From an uncultured bacterium (GTDB lineage Bacteria; UBA8481): 64,000 nt of DNA. Under the pieces are notes generated by a model. It saw only the letters and a program-made list of their open reading frames with translations, was not told the DNA's origin and did not search any database. The translations under genes and the position numbers were made by a program. The stretch is taken from positions 62,001-126,000 of the forward strand of contig CAZCME010000005.1 in NCBI GenBank assembly GCA_964499705.1, in the 5' to 3' direction. Below, in pieces: positions 18,742-29,641 of this stretch (position 1 is the stretch's first letter; each line of letters opens with the position of its first letter).

Positions 18742-19716
18742 TCAACGTGCTTCTTCTTTGCGCGCCCAGCGAACCGCGGACGCGATCGTTCGTTCCAGGT
18801 CGTAACGCGGCGCCCAATTCAGCATCGTGCGGACCCGTTCCGCCGAAGCCACCAGCCGGGCCGGATCACCGGGCCGCCGCGCGGCCGTGACGCGGGGCAC
18901 GGACTGTCCCGTCGCCCGTTCCACTTCGGAGATGACCTCCAGCACGCTCGCGCCATGCCCGGTTCCAAGATTGAGCGTGGCGGACCGGTCCAGGTCCAGA
19001 GCCGCGACATGCGCCGCGGCCAGGTCCTCCACGTGCACGTAATCCCGGATCGGCGTTCCGTCGGGCGTCGGGTAGTCCTGGCCGAACACCGTCATGGACG
19101 GCCCCTGACCCAACGCGGCACGAATCGCATTCGGAATGAGATGCGTTTCCGGACGATGTCGTTCCCCGATGGAAGCGTCCGCCGACGCGCCGGCCGCGTT
19201 GAAATATCGAAGCGCGGCCCACGTCCATCCATATCGCTCGCCGTACGCGGCGATGGCATTCTCCATGACACGCTTCGTCTCTCCATACACGGAGATGGGT
19301 TGAAGAGGATGATCCTCGGTCAGGACCGGCATCTTCGGCTCCCCGTACACCGCGCAACTCGACGAAAAGACAATGCGACGAACATCCGCCCGGATCATGG
19401 CGTCGAGAAGGGAGAGCGTGCCGGTGACGTTGGTGGAATAGTAGAGCTCGGGATTCCTTCGATCCTCCCCCACGAGAGCGCGCGCCGCGAAATGTATGAC
19501 CGCCTCCGCGCGGAAAGCCCGGAGGATTTTCTCGATTTCCGCGCCCGACAGAAGCGATTCGACATGAAGGAGAACACTCTGAGGTACGAAATCACGGTGC
19601 CCTGTGGAGAGATCGTCGACGACAGCGACGTCGTCGCCCCTGGCGAGGAGCGCCCTCACCGTATGACTCCCGATATAACCGGCGCCGCCCGTGACCAGAA
19701 TCCGCATGGATGTCAT
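18742..19716 (-). CDS. galE: UDP-glucose 4-epimerase
   Basis: ILVTGGAGYIGSH, FSSSCAVYG, YGETK, LRYFNAAGA and RDYVHVEDLA. Confidence 0.95.
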   Translation of the reverse strand: MTSMRILVTGGAGYIGSHTVRALLARGDDVAVVDDLSTGHRDFVPQSVLLHVESLLSGAEIEKILRAFRAEAVIHFAARALVGEDRRNPELYYSTNVTGTLSLLDAMIRADVRRIVFSSSCAVYGEPKMPVLTEDHPLQPISVYGETKRVMENAIAAYGERYGWTWAALRYFNAAGASADASIGERHRPETHLIPNAIRAALGQGPSMTVFGQDYPTPDGTPIRDYVHVEDLAAAHVAALDLDRSATLNLGTGHGASVLEVISEVERATGQSVPRVTAARRPGDPARLVASAERVRTMLNWAPRYDLERTIASAVRWARKEEAR

Positions 19717-19739
19717 TTAACCATTGATCCGCGCGATTG

Positions 19740-19807
19740 AATACGGGGACAGTATACTAATTTTCCGTGAATAAATTCACGGAAAATTAGTATACTGTCC
19801 CCGTATT
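19740..19807. repeat. Perfect palindrome with 33-bp arms (REP-like)
   Basis: AATACGGGGACAGTATACTAATTTTCCGTGAAT-AA-ATTCACGGAAAATTAGTATACTGTCCCCGTATT. Confidence 0.95.
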
Positions 19808-19838
19808 TGTCAGTGCCCGTATTTGTTATCATCGCGGC

Positions 19839-20900
19839 ATGCTGGATCTGCTCGCTCTCAACAGCCTCGAACTTTCCTCCATCAAGCTGGCTAGGCTTCT
19901 CGCGCGATACGGGTCGGCGCGAGACGTCCTCGATAGCGCGTGCGGAGGCGATGTGGACGATGGAACCATCGCCGGGGCGCGCCGGAACGCGGCGGCGGAA
20001 CTCCGGCTGGCGGAGAAGGAAGGGATCCGGATCCTGACGCGCGGGGATGACAGCTATCCCGCGCCGCTTCGAGAAGCCTTCGATGCGCCGCCCGTTCTGT
20101 ACTGCCTCGGTTCGCTCGACAGGATTCCCGCCGTTTCCATCGTGGGATCGAGGAAGGCGGATGCTTACGGGCTGACGACCGCTGAGCAGTTCGGTCACGG
20201 GCTTGCCGAAAAAGGGATCCTGGTCGTCTCGGGCCTGGCCTACGGGATCGATGCGGCGGCGCATCGCGGCGCGCTATCGGCGAAAGGCGCAACCGTCGCC
20301 GTCCTGGGATCTGGCCTCCTCAACATCTACCCTGCCGAAAACCGGCGGCTGGCTCAGCGCATCGTCGCGGAGCGAGGCGCGCTCCTCTCGGAATTTCCGC
20401 TCCGCGAAAAACCCCACCAGAAAAACTTTCCGCGTCGCAACCGGATCATTGCGGGCCTGTCCCTGGGAACGGTCGTCATCCAGGCGACCGTGAAATCGGG
20501 TTCGCTCATCACGGCGAAGCTGGCCGCGGAGTACGGCCGGAATGTCTGGGCCGTTCCGAACAGGATCGGCGACAGATTGTCGGAGGGCACGCTGGCGCTC
20601 CTCCGGGACGGCGCCACCATCGCCGCGTCCGCGGAGCACATCATGGAGGATCTCTCTCCCCAGCTCGTGAACTCATTCTTCAATCCCGTTACGGGCATCA
20701 AGCCTGAAACCGGCAAGCCTGTTGTCACGGTTTCCGACATCGTGTTAGAATCTCTGCGTCCCAGCGGAGCCACGCTCGATGAGCTCGAGGAGCGCTGCGG
20801 TCTTCCCAGGGAGGAATTACTGAGGAGGATCTTGAAGCTGGAGCTGGCCGGAAGATTGACATATCACCCCGGCGGCGCGTATCGTCTCGCCGGATCATGA
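19839..20900 (+). CDS. dprA: DNA-processing protein DprA (Smf)
   Basis: SIVGSR, VVSGLAYGIDAAAH and FPRRNRIIAGLS, with a C-terminal wHTH. Confidence 0.96.
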   Translation: MLDLLALNSLELSSIKLARLLARYGSARDVLDSACGGDVDDGTIAGARRNAAAELRLAEKEGIRILTRGDDSYPAPLREAFDAPPVLYCLGSLDRIPAVSIVGSRKADAYGLTTAEQFGHGLAEKGILVVSGLAYGIDAAAHRGALSAKGATVAVLGSGLLNIYPAENRRLAQRIVAERGALLSEFPLREKPHQKNFPRRNRIIAGLSLGTVVIQATVKSGSLITAKLAAEYGRNVWAVPNRIGDRLSEGTLALLRDGATIAASAEHIMEDLSPQLVNSFFNPVTGIKPETGKPVVTVSDIVLESLRPSGATLDELEERCGLPREELLRRILKLELAGRLTYHPGGAYRLAGS

Positions 20901-20909
20901 AATCCAGGC

Positions 20910-21395
20910 TTGCCTGGGACGGAGCCGAAGCCATTGATCGAGGATAGAATACTTAAAATCGTTTCCACCATCGTCCGCCTGATCGTGACGGCCGAAAGCC
21001 GGGAGATCATCGAGGAGGACCTGATGCGGAAGCTGGCGGAGGACGGTTACGGACTCGATGAGATCCAGTCCGCCTTCAAGATGCTCTCCCGCGTCGTGGA
21101 AAACCTGAAGTCCGAAGCGCGCACGCATTTCGAGACGCCCGACGCGCGCGCCCGGCGGGTCCTGACCGGCATGGAAACCGTTCGCATGTCGGAGGACGCC
21201 ATTTCGCTCTTTCAAAACTGGCAGTCGCTCAACCTGATGACCATGTCCGAATCCGAGGACATTCTCCGGCAGGTGCTCCAGTCCCACGCCGGCGACGTCG
21301 AAGCCGACGACCTCCTGCAGTTCGCGGAGAACGCGGCGATCAAGGGATCCACGCTCTCGCTCTATCTCTCCGCGCACAACGCGACGCTGCAGTAA
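20910..21395 (+). CDS. smg: Smg/DUF494-family protein
   Basis: Conserved dprA-smg-topA position; LAEDGYGLDEIQSAF and RVLTGME resemble Smg. Confidence 0.7.
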   Translation: MPGTEPKPLIEDRILKIVSTIVRLIVTAESREIIEEDLMRKLAEDGYGLDEIQSAFKMLSRVVENLKSEARTHFETPDARARRVLTGMETVRMSEDAISLFQNWQSLNLMTMSESEDILRQVLQSHAGDVEADDLLQFAENAAIKGSTLSLYLSAHNATLQ

Positions 21396-21403
21396 CAGCC
21401 GCC

Positions 21404-23827
21404 ATGTCGAAAAATCTCGTGATCGTGGAATCGCCCGCGAAGGCGCGCTCCATCCAGAAATATCTCGGAGCGGGCCACCACGTCATCGCGTCGATGGGCC
21501 ACGTGATGGATCTGCCGAAAAAAGGCGGCGTCATCATCGAAGGCAAGGGACGCTCCACCGTCTTCACTCCGGTCGTCGAGCCCATCAAGGCCAAGGAAAA
21601 GATCATCAAGGAATTGAAGGCCGCCGCGAAGAAAGCGACCGCGATCTTCCTCGCTCCCGACCCCGACCGCGAAGGAGAAGTCATCGCGCATCACATCGCG
21701 GAGCTTTTGTCGGGAAAGACCCCGATCAAGCGGGTGCTCTTCCACGAGATCACGCCCGCGGCCGTGAAGGCCGCCTTCAACGAGCCGCGCGACATCGACA
21801 TCAAGCTCGTCCAGTCGCAGCAGGCCCGCCGCATTCTCGACCGGATCGTGGGCTTCGACGTGTCGCAGCTGTTGTGGGAGAAGGTCGCGCGGGGCCTTTC
21901 CGCGGGCCGCGTCCAGACCGTCGCGCTCCGGATCATCGTCGAGCGCGAACGCGAGATCCGCCGCTTCGTCCCCGTCGAATCGTGGTCGATCGCGGCTGAG
22001 CTGGAGAAGGACGGCAAGACTTTCGAGGCGAAGCTCATCGAGAAGGATGGAAAGAAGATCTCCATCGCCGTCGAGGAGGATGCGAAGAGCATCCTCGCCG
22101 ACCTGAAGGGGAAGAAGATCGCGGTGACGGATGTCAGTCTCTCGGAGCGCCGCCGCAATCCTTTTCCGCCGTTCATTACATCGACTCTGCAGCAGGAGGC
22201 ATCCCGTCGGCTCGGGATGCCCGTCGGCATCACGATGAGGCTCGCGCAGCAACTGTACGAAGGCATCGATCTCGGCGCCGAAGGCCCGACCGGGCTCATC
22301 ACGTACATGCGCACCGATTCCGTCCGCGTCTCCGAGGGCTCCATCGAGGACGCCCGCGCGTACATCAAGAAAAAACTCGGCGCGAATTTTCTTCCGGAGA
22401 AACCGAACGTCTACAAGACAAAGAAATCCGCGCAGGATGCGCACGAGGCCATCCGCCCGACATCGGTCGCGCATACGCCCGCGTCCGTATCGAAGTTCCT
22501 GGATAAGAAGGCGCTCGGCCTGTACCGGCTCATCTGGTCGCGATTCGTCGCCAGCCAGTGCATGCCGGCGGTGTATGACAATGTCGGAGCCGATCTCATG
22601 GCGGGACCGTACAAATTCCGGGCGACCGGATCGACGCTGAAGTTCCCGGGATTCCTGAAAGTCTTCGGCGACATCGTGACGGACGACAAGCTCGGAGAAG
22701 ACGAGGAGGAAGGGACCGCCCTGCCGCCGCTGGCCGCTGGCGACAAACCCGCCCTGAAAAAATACGTGCCGCGCCAGCATTTCACGCAGCCCCCGCCGCG
22801 CTTCTCCGAAGCGGCCCTGGTGAAGGCCCTGGAAGAGAAGAACATCGGCCGCCCCAGCACCTACGCGTCGATCATCGCGACGTTGAAGAACCGCTCGTAC
22901 ACGCACATCGAAAAAAGGCGGCTCATCCCGACCGACCTCGGCATGTCCGTCTCCGATCTCCTCGTCGTCGCCTTCCCCGACATCTTCAATGTCGGATTCA
23001 CTTCGCTCATGGAAGACGAGCTCGACGAGGTCGAGGAAGGCAAGCTCAACTGGCAGAAGGTCCTGAACGACTTCCACTTCGAATTCCTGAAGGACATGAA
23101 GGTCGCGACGAAGCAGATGCCGAACCTGAAGGCCGGAGTGCCGACGGAATTCAAATGCCCCGCGTGCAAATCCGTGATGCTGCTGCGTTATGGAAAAATG
23201 GGCCGCTTCCTCGCCTGCTCCAGGTATCCCGACTGCAAATCGACGTTCGAAGTGATGGAAGCCAACGACGGGTCGCTCCGGAAACTGGAAATCCCCGAAT
23301 TCAAGGAACCCTGTCCGAAGTGCGGCAAGGCCATGGCCTTCAAGCGGTCTCGCTTCGGCGCCTTCCTCGCCTGCACGCAATATCCGGAATGCCGCGGCGT
23401 CATCGCGTTGAAGAAGATCGGGGATGAAGAATACGAAGTGGAGCCTCCGGATTCGACCGACCGGCCATGCCCCACGTGCGGCGGACCGATGGAAGTCAAG
23501 AAGTCGCGGTTCGGCCGGTTCCTCGCCTGCGAGAAGTATCCGGAGTGCAAGGGCGCGCTCCCGTATTTCGTCAACGCCTGGTGTCCGCGCGAAGGCTGCG
23601 GAGGCGAGCTCGTGGAGCGCCACGTCCGCAGCGGAATCGCCTACGCCTGCCATAATTTCCCGGAGTGCCGGTTCCGATCGTACGAGCCGCCCGTCAACGA
23701 GCCCTGCCCCGAGTGCGGCGCGAAGACGATGTTCCGGGCGAAAGAAGGCGGCTTGAAGTGCGGCCGCGAAGGATGCGTCGGCCGGCGCGAGGAGCCGGCG
23801 ACCGACGAAGAGGCGGAACCGGCGTAA
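21404..23827 (+). CDS. topA: DNA topoisomerase I (type IA) with five C-terminal zinc ribbons
   Basis: [30 protein letters not shown] and GRPSTYA, plus repeated CP.C...C..YPEC. Confidence 0.98.
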   Translation: MSKNLVIVESPAKARSIQKYLGAGHHVIASMGHVMDLPKKGGVIIEGKGRSTVFTPVVEPIKAKEKIIKELKAAAKKATAIFLAPDPDREGEVIAHHIAELLSGKTPIKRVLFHEITPAAVKAAFNEPRDIDIKLVQSQQARRILDRIVGFDVSQLLWEKVARGLSAGRVQTVALRIIVEREREIRRFVPVESWSIAAELEKDGKTFEAKLIEKDGKKISIAVEEDAKSILADLKGKKIAVTDVSLSERRRNPFPPFITSTLQQEASRRLGMPVGITMRLAQQLYEGIDLGAEGPTGLITYMRTDSVRVSEGSIEDARAYIKKKLGANFLPEKPNVYKTKKSAQDAHEAIRPTSVAHTPASVSKFLDKKALGLYRLIWSRFVASQCMPAVYDNVGADLMAGPYKFRATGSTLKFPGFLKVFGDIVTDDKLGEDEEEGTALPPLAAGDKPALKKYVPRQHFTQPPPRFSEAALVKALEEKNIGRPSTYASIIATLKNRSYTHIEKRRLIPTDLGMSVSDLLVVAFPDIFNVGFTSLMEDELDEVEEGKLNWQKVLNDFHFEFLKDMKVATKQMPNLKAGVPTEFKCPACKSVMLLRYGKMGRFLACSRYPDCKSTFEVMEANDGSLRKLEIPEFKEPCPKCGKAMAFKRSRFGAFLACTQYPECRGVIALKKIGDEEYEVEPPDSTDRPCPTCGGPMEVKKSRFGRFLACEKYPECKGALPYFVNAWCPREGCGGELVERHVRSGIAYACHNFPECRFRSYEPPVNEPCPECGAKTMFRAKEGGLKCGREGCVGRREEPATDEEAEPA

Positions 23828-23876
23828 CTTTTCCTCAACCCTTCAGTCTCCGCCCACTTCCGTCGAAAAGTATCTC

Positions 23877-24758
23877 ATGCCCCTGCAGGATCACCTGGAA
23901 CGATTCACGACGCATTGCGCGAAAACGCGGAGCCTCAGTCCGCACACGGTGGCGGCGTATGCGCGAGATCTCGATGATGCGCTAGCCTTCCTCGGCAACG
24001 ACAGGAACATCGCCGCCATCACGCGGAGCGATGTCCGCCAGTGGCTGGCGCAGCTCTCCCAGCGTGGACTCAATCCCCGCTCCGTCGGCCGCCACCTCGC
24101 GTCGCTCCGTTCCTTCTTCCGCTTTCTGATTCGCGAAGGAATCATGACGAGCAATCCGGCCAAGGGCGTCATCACGCCCCGTTCCTCCCGGCCTCTCCCC
24201 CGGTTCCTGACGGAATCCGAGGCTCAGCATCTCCTGGACGGATCGTTTCGGTCGGATGAAATAGGCGCGCGGGACAAAGCGATCCTGGAACTCTTCTATT
24301 CCACCGGCGCGCGACTCGCGGAAATCGCCTCGCTCGACATCGAAGATGTGACGAACGGTTCCGGCTGTGTCCGCATCCTCGGCAAGGGATCGAAGGAACG
24401 GATCGTCCCCTTCGGAGCGGCCGCGCAAAAAGCGCTGGAAGCATGGCTGGCGACGCGCACGGCGCTGGCGCGGGCCGGCACGGAAGCGCTCTTCGTGAAT
24501 GCCCGGGACGGCCGGCGCATCACGGAGCGCGGAATCCGGCTTGTCATCACGCAATACCTCACACGCGCCGCGGCCGGCGGAGGCAGTCCGCACACGCTCC
24601 GGCATTCCTTCGCGACGCACCTGCTGAACCGGGGCGCAGATCTCCGTTCCGTGCAGGAACTCCTCGGGCATTCCTCGCTCTCGACGACGCAACGCTACAC
24701 GCACGTTTCCGTGCAGCGACTGAAGCAGGAGCATCGAAGGGCTCATCCACGCGCGTAG
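23877..24758 (+). CDS. xerC: Tyrosine recombinase XerC/D
   Basis: [24 protein letters not shown] and [14 protein letters not shown]; follows topA. Confidence 0.9.
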   Translation: MPLQDHLERFTTHCAKTRSLSPHTVAAYARDLDDALAFLGNDRNIAAITRSDVRQWLAQLSQRGLNPRSVGRHLASLRSFFRFLIREGIMTSNPAKGVITPRSSRPLPRFLTESEAQHLLDGSFRSDEIGARDKAILELFYSTGARLAEIASLDIEDVTNGSGCVRILGKGSKERIVPFGAAAQKALEAWLATRTALARAGTEALFVNARDGRRITERGIRLVITQYLTRAAAGGGSPHTLRHSFATHLLNRGADLRSVQELLGHSSLSTTQRYTHVSVQRLKQEHRRAHPRA

Positions 24759-24815
24759 AATATTCCTCGTGAAATCCCGCAGCCCCCGGTTACCTGCTGC
24801 CGATGCGTTTCCGGG

Positions 24816-25526
24816 CTAGACCTCCGAAAGGACCTTTTCGAAGGCGGGCACGGCGCGGAGCTTTTCTCGAAGGGATTGCAGGGCGATGTCGATCATCATG
24901 GAAGAGCTCAGCAGGTCCGAATTGATGACAAGATCATAGCCGGACGCGTCGTCGATATCGCGGTTGAAGACGCGGCGGACGAAGGCGCGGCGTTCATCGT
25001 CCGTTTTCTTGACGCACTCGGCCGCCTTTTCCGGCCGCAATCCCTCATGCTCGATCAATCTTTTGATCCGCTTCGGCACCGGAGCGATCACCCGGAGTCG
25101 CAGTCCCGCGGAAGGATTCAGAAAGCAATTGGCGCCGCGCCCCACAATAACGGCACGCCCCGCCCGGGCGGTTTCGCGGATGATTCTCATGAGCTTGTGG
25201 ATGTAGACGAACTGCGTCGGCTCATCGAGCATCCCGAAGACAAGCGCGTCGCCGGCATAACGGCGCTCGTCCAGTTCCGAGAACGCCTTGAGCGTCGACT
25301 CCTCGCTGACCGAAAGCTCGTCGTGGTAATACCGGTCGAAGACTCTCCACCCGAGCTGCTTTCCGATATTGTAGGCAAGCTGCGTTCCACCCGCGCCGAC
25401 CTGGCGCGAGATGGTGATCCACGGCCCCTCGTCCCATGGATTTTCCACGGGCTTCACGCCATGACGTTCCTCCCAGAACTTGATCTGGTGATCGACCAGT
25501 TCGAAGAGGCTTTTCTGCTGTGACAT
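24816..25526 (-). CDS. Cytidylate kinase-like family protein
   Basis: ITISRQVGAGG, VIVGRGA, DDERRAF and YDLVINS; GGAGG SD before ATG 25526. Confidence 0.85.
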   Translation of the reverse strand: MSQQKSLFELVDHQIKFWEERHGVKPVENPWDEGPWITISRQVGAGGTQLAYNIGKQLGWRVFDRYYHDELSVSEESTLKAFSELDERRYAGDALVFGMLDEPTQFVYIHKLMRIIRETARAGRAVIVGRGANCFLNPSAGLRLRVIAPVPKRIKRLIEHEGLRPEKAAECVKKTDDERRAFVRRVFNRDIDDASGYDLVINSDLLSSSMMIDIALQSLREKLRAVPAFEKVLSEV

Positions 25527-25710
25527 CCGACCGTCCTCCATGCCTGCATTCACGCCACGGCATTCCATAGAAATTATAGCGTCGGGCGCGTCAGGCGTGA
25601 CGAAGATTGATGTTCCTGTAAAATAAAACACCATCGCGAATGTGTGCGACTTTTTCCATTGCGAACAGTTCCTGGGCGCGCTCGTACTTTCAATTGCCGC
25701 AGAAAACCCC

Positions 25711-25875
25711 CGGAACTTCCCCATCAAAAATATTAAACAGGATGAACAGGATAGGCAGGATCGAATCAGGGTGCAATTGAAGGCAATATATTCCTGTTAT
25801 CGAGAAGTGGCTTTCATACCTCTCAAATCCTGCCCATCCTGTAAAAATTTCCCGCCATCGGATGGGAAAGTTCCG
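25711..25875. repeat. Nested inverted-repeat element with CAGGAT-based 9-mer repeats
   Basis: Outer arms 25711-25725 and 25861-25875 (14/15 match); inner ACAGGATGAACAGGATAGGCAGGAT versus ATCCTGCCCATCCTGT at 25827-25842. Confidence 0.75.
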
Positions 25876-25926
25876 AGAAGATCCCCAGCCGCTTGCATTG
25901 CACGGGAATTCGCGCATAATCCCCGC

Positions 25927-27633
25927 ATGAGCCTGCCGAATACGGTTCTGAAGATCATCAATAAACGGGGGCGGATCGCGGATTTCGAAATTGAGCGGAT
26001 CGTCCGCTCCATTAAGGACGCCATTGTCGACCTGTCTGGTCACCGCTGGTCGCCCGAATTGCGGGCGCGGAAGTACGCCCGGAAAGTCGCCGACCGCGTC
26101 TATCGCGAGTTCTACAGCCTCTCCTGGCTGAAATCCGACTTCATCGTGAAGTTCCTGAACTTCCAGCCCGAGGAACGCAAGGGGCGTTTGAAGAACGCCA
26201 AGGTCACCGAGCGCCTCACGTTCGTCATTCATGAAACCTTCAGCGAGAACATCAATCACGAGGATGTCCGGAAGCATCAGGCAGAGCTGCGGGAATTCAT
26301 CGCCGACGAAATCCGGTCCGCGCGCGTCGATCCGCATTACAGCGAGGGGCTCTTCCCCCGCCTGAACGAATCCGAGATCGAGGAGATCATCGAGTTTCTC
26401 CAGGAGCAGACCCTGCGGCTTGCCGAGGACGAGCCGACGCCGGATCTTCTGTATCCGCATCGGGAATACATCCAGGACATGATCGAGAAGGAACTGAAGG
26501 ACAGCGGGGAGATCGACATCGCGGAGCACTACATGGTGTACCGCGAGGGGCGGAAGAAGATCCACGCGGCGGAAATTTCCGAGCTGCAGTTCACGAACTC
26601 CGGAGTCCACCGGGAAGTGGTCGGACGGATCCTGGAGTGGAACGTCGACCATGAATGCGACACCATCTTTGCCCTGAACGACTGGATCTACGGCCGCCAC
26701 GGCAAGAAGCTGCCGGAGCTGATCGACGCGTGCGAAAAGCGGTATCACGAGGACGTCACGAAGACCGCGAGGGACATCCTGGAGCGGCGCGACGACGTCA
26801 AGGTCGTCATCATCGCCGGCCCGTCCTGCTCCAACAAGACGACGACCACCGTCATCATCGGGCAGGTCCTGCAGCAGCATGGATTGAAGCTGAAGCAACT
26901 CAACGTCGACAACTATTTCTACGATCTCACCAACCAGCCGAAGGACGAGTTCGGGGATTACGATTTCGAAATGCCCGAAGCCATCGACATGCCGCTCCTG
27001 AACGAAAACCTCGAGGCGCTTCTCGACGGCCGGACGATCCAGATGCCGCACTACAACTTCAAGGAAGGCCGCCGTGACAAGTATTTCGATTTCCACGTCG
27101 AGTCCGACGAGATCATTCTCATCGACTGCCTGCATGGCCTCTACCAGCAGCTGACGAAATCCGTCCCCCGCAGGAATAAGTTCAAGATCTATATCGAATC
27201 GATGAACGTCGTTCGCAATATCGACGGCGGTTACACCAAGTGGGCCGATATCCGGATGCTGAAGCGCATGATCCGGGACAGCCAGCACCGCGGCTACGGA
27301 GCGCAGCATACGCTGGCGCACTGGCCATATGTCCGCAAGGGCGAGCTGAAGCACATCATCCCGTACATCTTCTCGACCGACGCCGTCCTCAATTCCGGCA
27401 TGCCCTACGAGCTTCCCGTTCTGAAGACGGTCCTGAAGGAACAATTTCCGACGCGCGACTTCATCGAGAAGCTCCGCGAACAAGGCCGGCTCGATCCGTA
27501 TATCCGCGGCATCCGCGTCGCAACGCTTCTCGACACGGTCGCCGACTTCCCCGACCTCGCGGTCATCCCGTCAACCTCCCCCATCCGCGAATTCATCGGG
27601 GGGTCCAGCTACATCATTCCTCATAACGAGTGA
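25927..27633 (+). CDS. ATP-cone domain plus uridine kinase/PRK-like P-loop protein
   Basis: NKRGRIADFEIERI...YIQDMIE...YMVYR (ATP cone), IIAGPSCSNKTT, VDNYF, YDFEMPEAID and RMLKRMIRD. Confidence 0.85.
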   Translation: MSLPNTVLKIINKRGRIADFEIERIVRSIKDAIVDLSGHRWSPELRARKYARKVADRVYREFYSLSWLKSDFIVKFLNFQPEERKGRLKNAKVTERLTFVIHETFSENINHEDVRKHQAELREFIADEIRSARVDPHYSEGLFPRLNESEIEEIIEFLQEQTLRLAEDEPTPDLLYPHREYIQDMIEKELKDSGEIDIAEHYMVYREGRKKIHAAEISELQFTNSGVHREVVGRILEWNVDHECDTIFALNDWIYGRHGKKLPELIDACEKRYHEDVTKTARDILERRDDVKVVIIAGPSCSNKTTTTVIIGQVLQQHGLKLKQLNVDNYFYDLTNQPKDEFGDYDFEMPEAIDMPLLNENLEALLDGRTIQMPHYNFKEGRRDKYFDFHVESDEIILIDCLHGLYQQLTKSVPRRNKFKIYIESMNVVRNIDGGYTKWADIRMLKRMIRDSQHRGYGAQHTLAHWPYVRKGELKHIIPYIFSTDAVLNSGMPYELPVLKTVLKEQFPTRDFIEKLREQGRLDPYIRGIRVATLLDTVADFPDLAVIPSTSPIREFIGGSSYIIPHNE

Positions 27634-27673
27634 CGGCATCCATCCCCTCGCCCGCCGAAGCCATGAAAGCTGA

Positions 27674-28657
27674 TTGCTGAGCGCGCTTCGCGTCTGCATC
27701 CTGGGGGCCGGCTCCTTCGGGCGCGTTCATGCGCGCTGGTGGCGCGCCGTGCCCGGCGCGGAACTCATGGCGGTGGCGAGCCGGAATCCGGAGGATTTGC
27801 CTTCCGACGACGCCTGGCGGGGACTCCTCCGTCGCTCCTATGAAGACGTGTTCTCAAATCCGGACGGAATCGATCTTCTCGACATCGTGACGCCATCCGC
27901 GCTGCACAGCGCGCATGCGATACGAGCTCTGAAGTGCGGCGTCCATGTTCTCGTGGAAAAGCCCATGGCCACGACCCGTGAAAATGCCGAGGCCATGATC
28001 GAAGCGGCTCGCGAATCGAACCGCCGACTCTTCGTCGTTTCGCAATATCGATATGTCCCGGCGTATCGCGTCGTATCGTCCGTGGCCGCCGCCGCGGGCG
28101 TGTCGCGCGCCCGCTTCGAATATGTGATGCCTCCCGAGGCCGCGGGATTCGATCGAGACTCCTGGAAATGCGATCCCGCTCTTTCCGGCGGAGGCATCCT
28201 CTTCGGGTCGGGCATCCATCTTGTCGACCTGCTGGTCCACTGGTTCGGCGAGCCGGCGGAAGTGGAAAGCCGGATCGAATATGACAAGACTGCCAAAGGA
28301 ATCGAGTCGGGTTACGAAGCCGGGTGGCGCGGCGCGCATGACGAACGGGTGGAAATCGTCTCGCGGGTGGAATCCGGAACAAAACACACGACGCGCCTGG
28401 ACCTGGAATTCGCCGGCGGAAAGGCCGTGATCGAGAATCGGCGCCTCGTGCGAGGATCGTCTCCCCTGCCATGGAAACTCCGGGAACTCGCACTCGGTGT
28501 CCGCGAAAAAATCATCCCCTGGCGGCGCGATCCGCTGGGCCGCCAATTCTCCGATATCGTCCGTGCCGTGGCGTCCGGAGGGCACGCCGAAGTGGAAGGC
28601 GAGGAAGGCCTCCGCGCGCTCCGCACGATCCTCCGGATCCGCGATTCAGCCGCCTGA
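27674..28657 (+). CDS. Gfo/Idh/MocA family oxidoreductase
   Basis: ILGAGSFG, HVLVEKP and GGGILFGSGIHLVD. Confidence 0.9.
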   Translation: MLSALRVCILGAGSFGRVHARWWRAVPGAELMAVASRNPEDLPSDDAWRGLLRRSYEDVFSNPDGIDLLDIVTPSALHSAHAIRALKCGVHVLVEKPMATTRENAEAMIEAARESNRRLFVVSQYRYVPAYRVVSSVAAAAGVSRARFEYVMPPEAAGFDRDSWKCDPALSGGGILFGSGIHLVDLLVHWFGEPAEVESRIEYDKTAKGIESGYEAGWRGAHDERVEIVSRVESGTKHTTRLDLEFAGGKAVIENRRLVRGSSPLPWKLRELALGVREKIIPWRRDPLGRQFSDIVRAVASGGHAEVEGEEGLRALRTILRIRDSAA

Positions 28658-29641
28658 GCGAATGACGATCTTGAGGGGCAGGTGATCGGACCCGAAATTC
28701 GGTCCCACTGATCGTTCGACGATCTCCACGCCGCCCGACGTGAACGCGTGATCCAGCGGAATCGCGATGAAGGGATTCAGGGGAGCCAGGAATTTCTGGA
28801 ACGGAATCCATGTCGGGCTCCAGCCGTAGCCCATCCGCGAATCACGGAATTCTTTTGCAAGAGCCTGATACCCCGCGCTCCGTTCCGTGGTGTTCAGATC
28901 CCCCACGATGAGGACCGGGCCCGTCTCGCGCGCCGCCGATGCGGCGAGCGCGCCGATCGCCTCGTTCCGGAGATCGCGCTGGAGCGTATTGGAGGGCGGA
29001 ACGGGATGGGTCAGCCACAATGCAAGGCGCGGATTTCCGATCCGCGCGTATATAACCGGCAGGCCGGTGGCGTCGGGCGCCACGATCCGCGATTCCGAAA
29101 ATGGCAGCCGGGAAAACAGCGCGACGCCGAAACGGTCCTCGCGGAACTTGCGAAGAACAAACGGATAGGATGACAGGACCTGGGCGAGCATCGTGTCCGC
29201 ATCGGGATCGAATTCCACCATGCCGATCATGTCCGGATTCTCGGCTTTCAGATATGCGGCGAACTCGGGCAATCGCCTCATGTCCGGCCAGCCGAGATTG
29301 GCGTAAACGATCTTCCATTCCGGCGCATTCGTCGCCGCATGAACCGGCGACGGATACGAGGGTATCGACCACCGAAGAATGAGCATCGCGTGAAGAAGAA
29401 CCAGGAGAAATCCCGACCGCAGGCAGAAACAATTCTTCGCGGAAACGAGGCATCCCGCCACCGCGAACAAGAGACCGAGCATCAGGAAATGGCCGAAGTT
29501 GCCGAAGAAGAGACCGATCTCGCCGGGAAGAATCTCCAGGTTCGGCCCGGCCGCCACCGCGGCCGAGCCGAGCAGAAACGGAATACCGAAAGCCACGCGG
29601 CATTTTACGATTCTCGTCAGCAAACCCGAAGGATTCTTCAT
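28646..29641 (-). CDS. Membrane-anchored endonuclease/exonuclease/phosphatase family protein
   Basis: Three N-terminal TMs, VGDLN, LDH and GSDHLP. Confidence 0.88.
   Translation of the reverse strand: MKNPSGLLTRIVKCRVAFGIPFLLGSAAVAAGPNLEILPGEIGLFFGNFGHFLMLGLLFAVAGCLVSAKNCFCLRSGFLLVLLHAMLILRWSIPSYPSPVHAATNAPEWKIVYANLGWPDMRRLPEFAAYLKAENPDMIGMVEFDPDADTMLAQVLSSYPFVLRKFREDRFGVALFSRLPFSESRIVAPDATGLPVIYARIGNPRLALWLTHPVPPSNTLQRDLRNEAIGALAASAARETGPVLIVGDLNTTERSAGYQALAKEFRDSRMGYGWSPTWIPFQKFLAPLNPFIAIPLDHAFTSGGVEIVERSVGPNFGSDHLPLKIVIRSGG

Noticed and set aside
23877-24758. Tyrosine recombinase as a prophage or island integrase
   Set aside because: Size, motifs and the dprA-smg-topA context fit housekeeping XerC; no att repeats or phage genes are visible.
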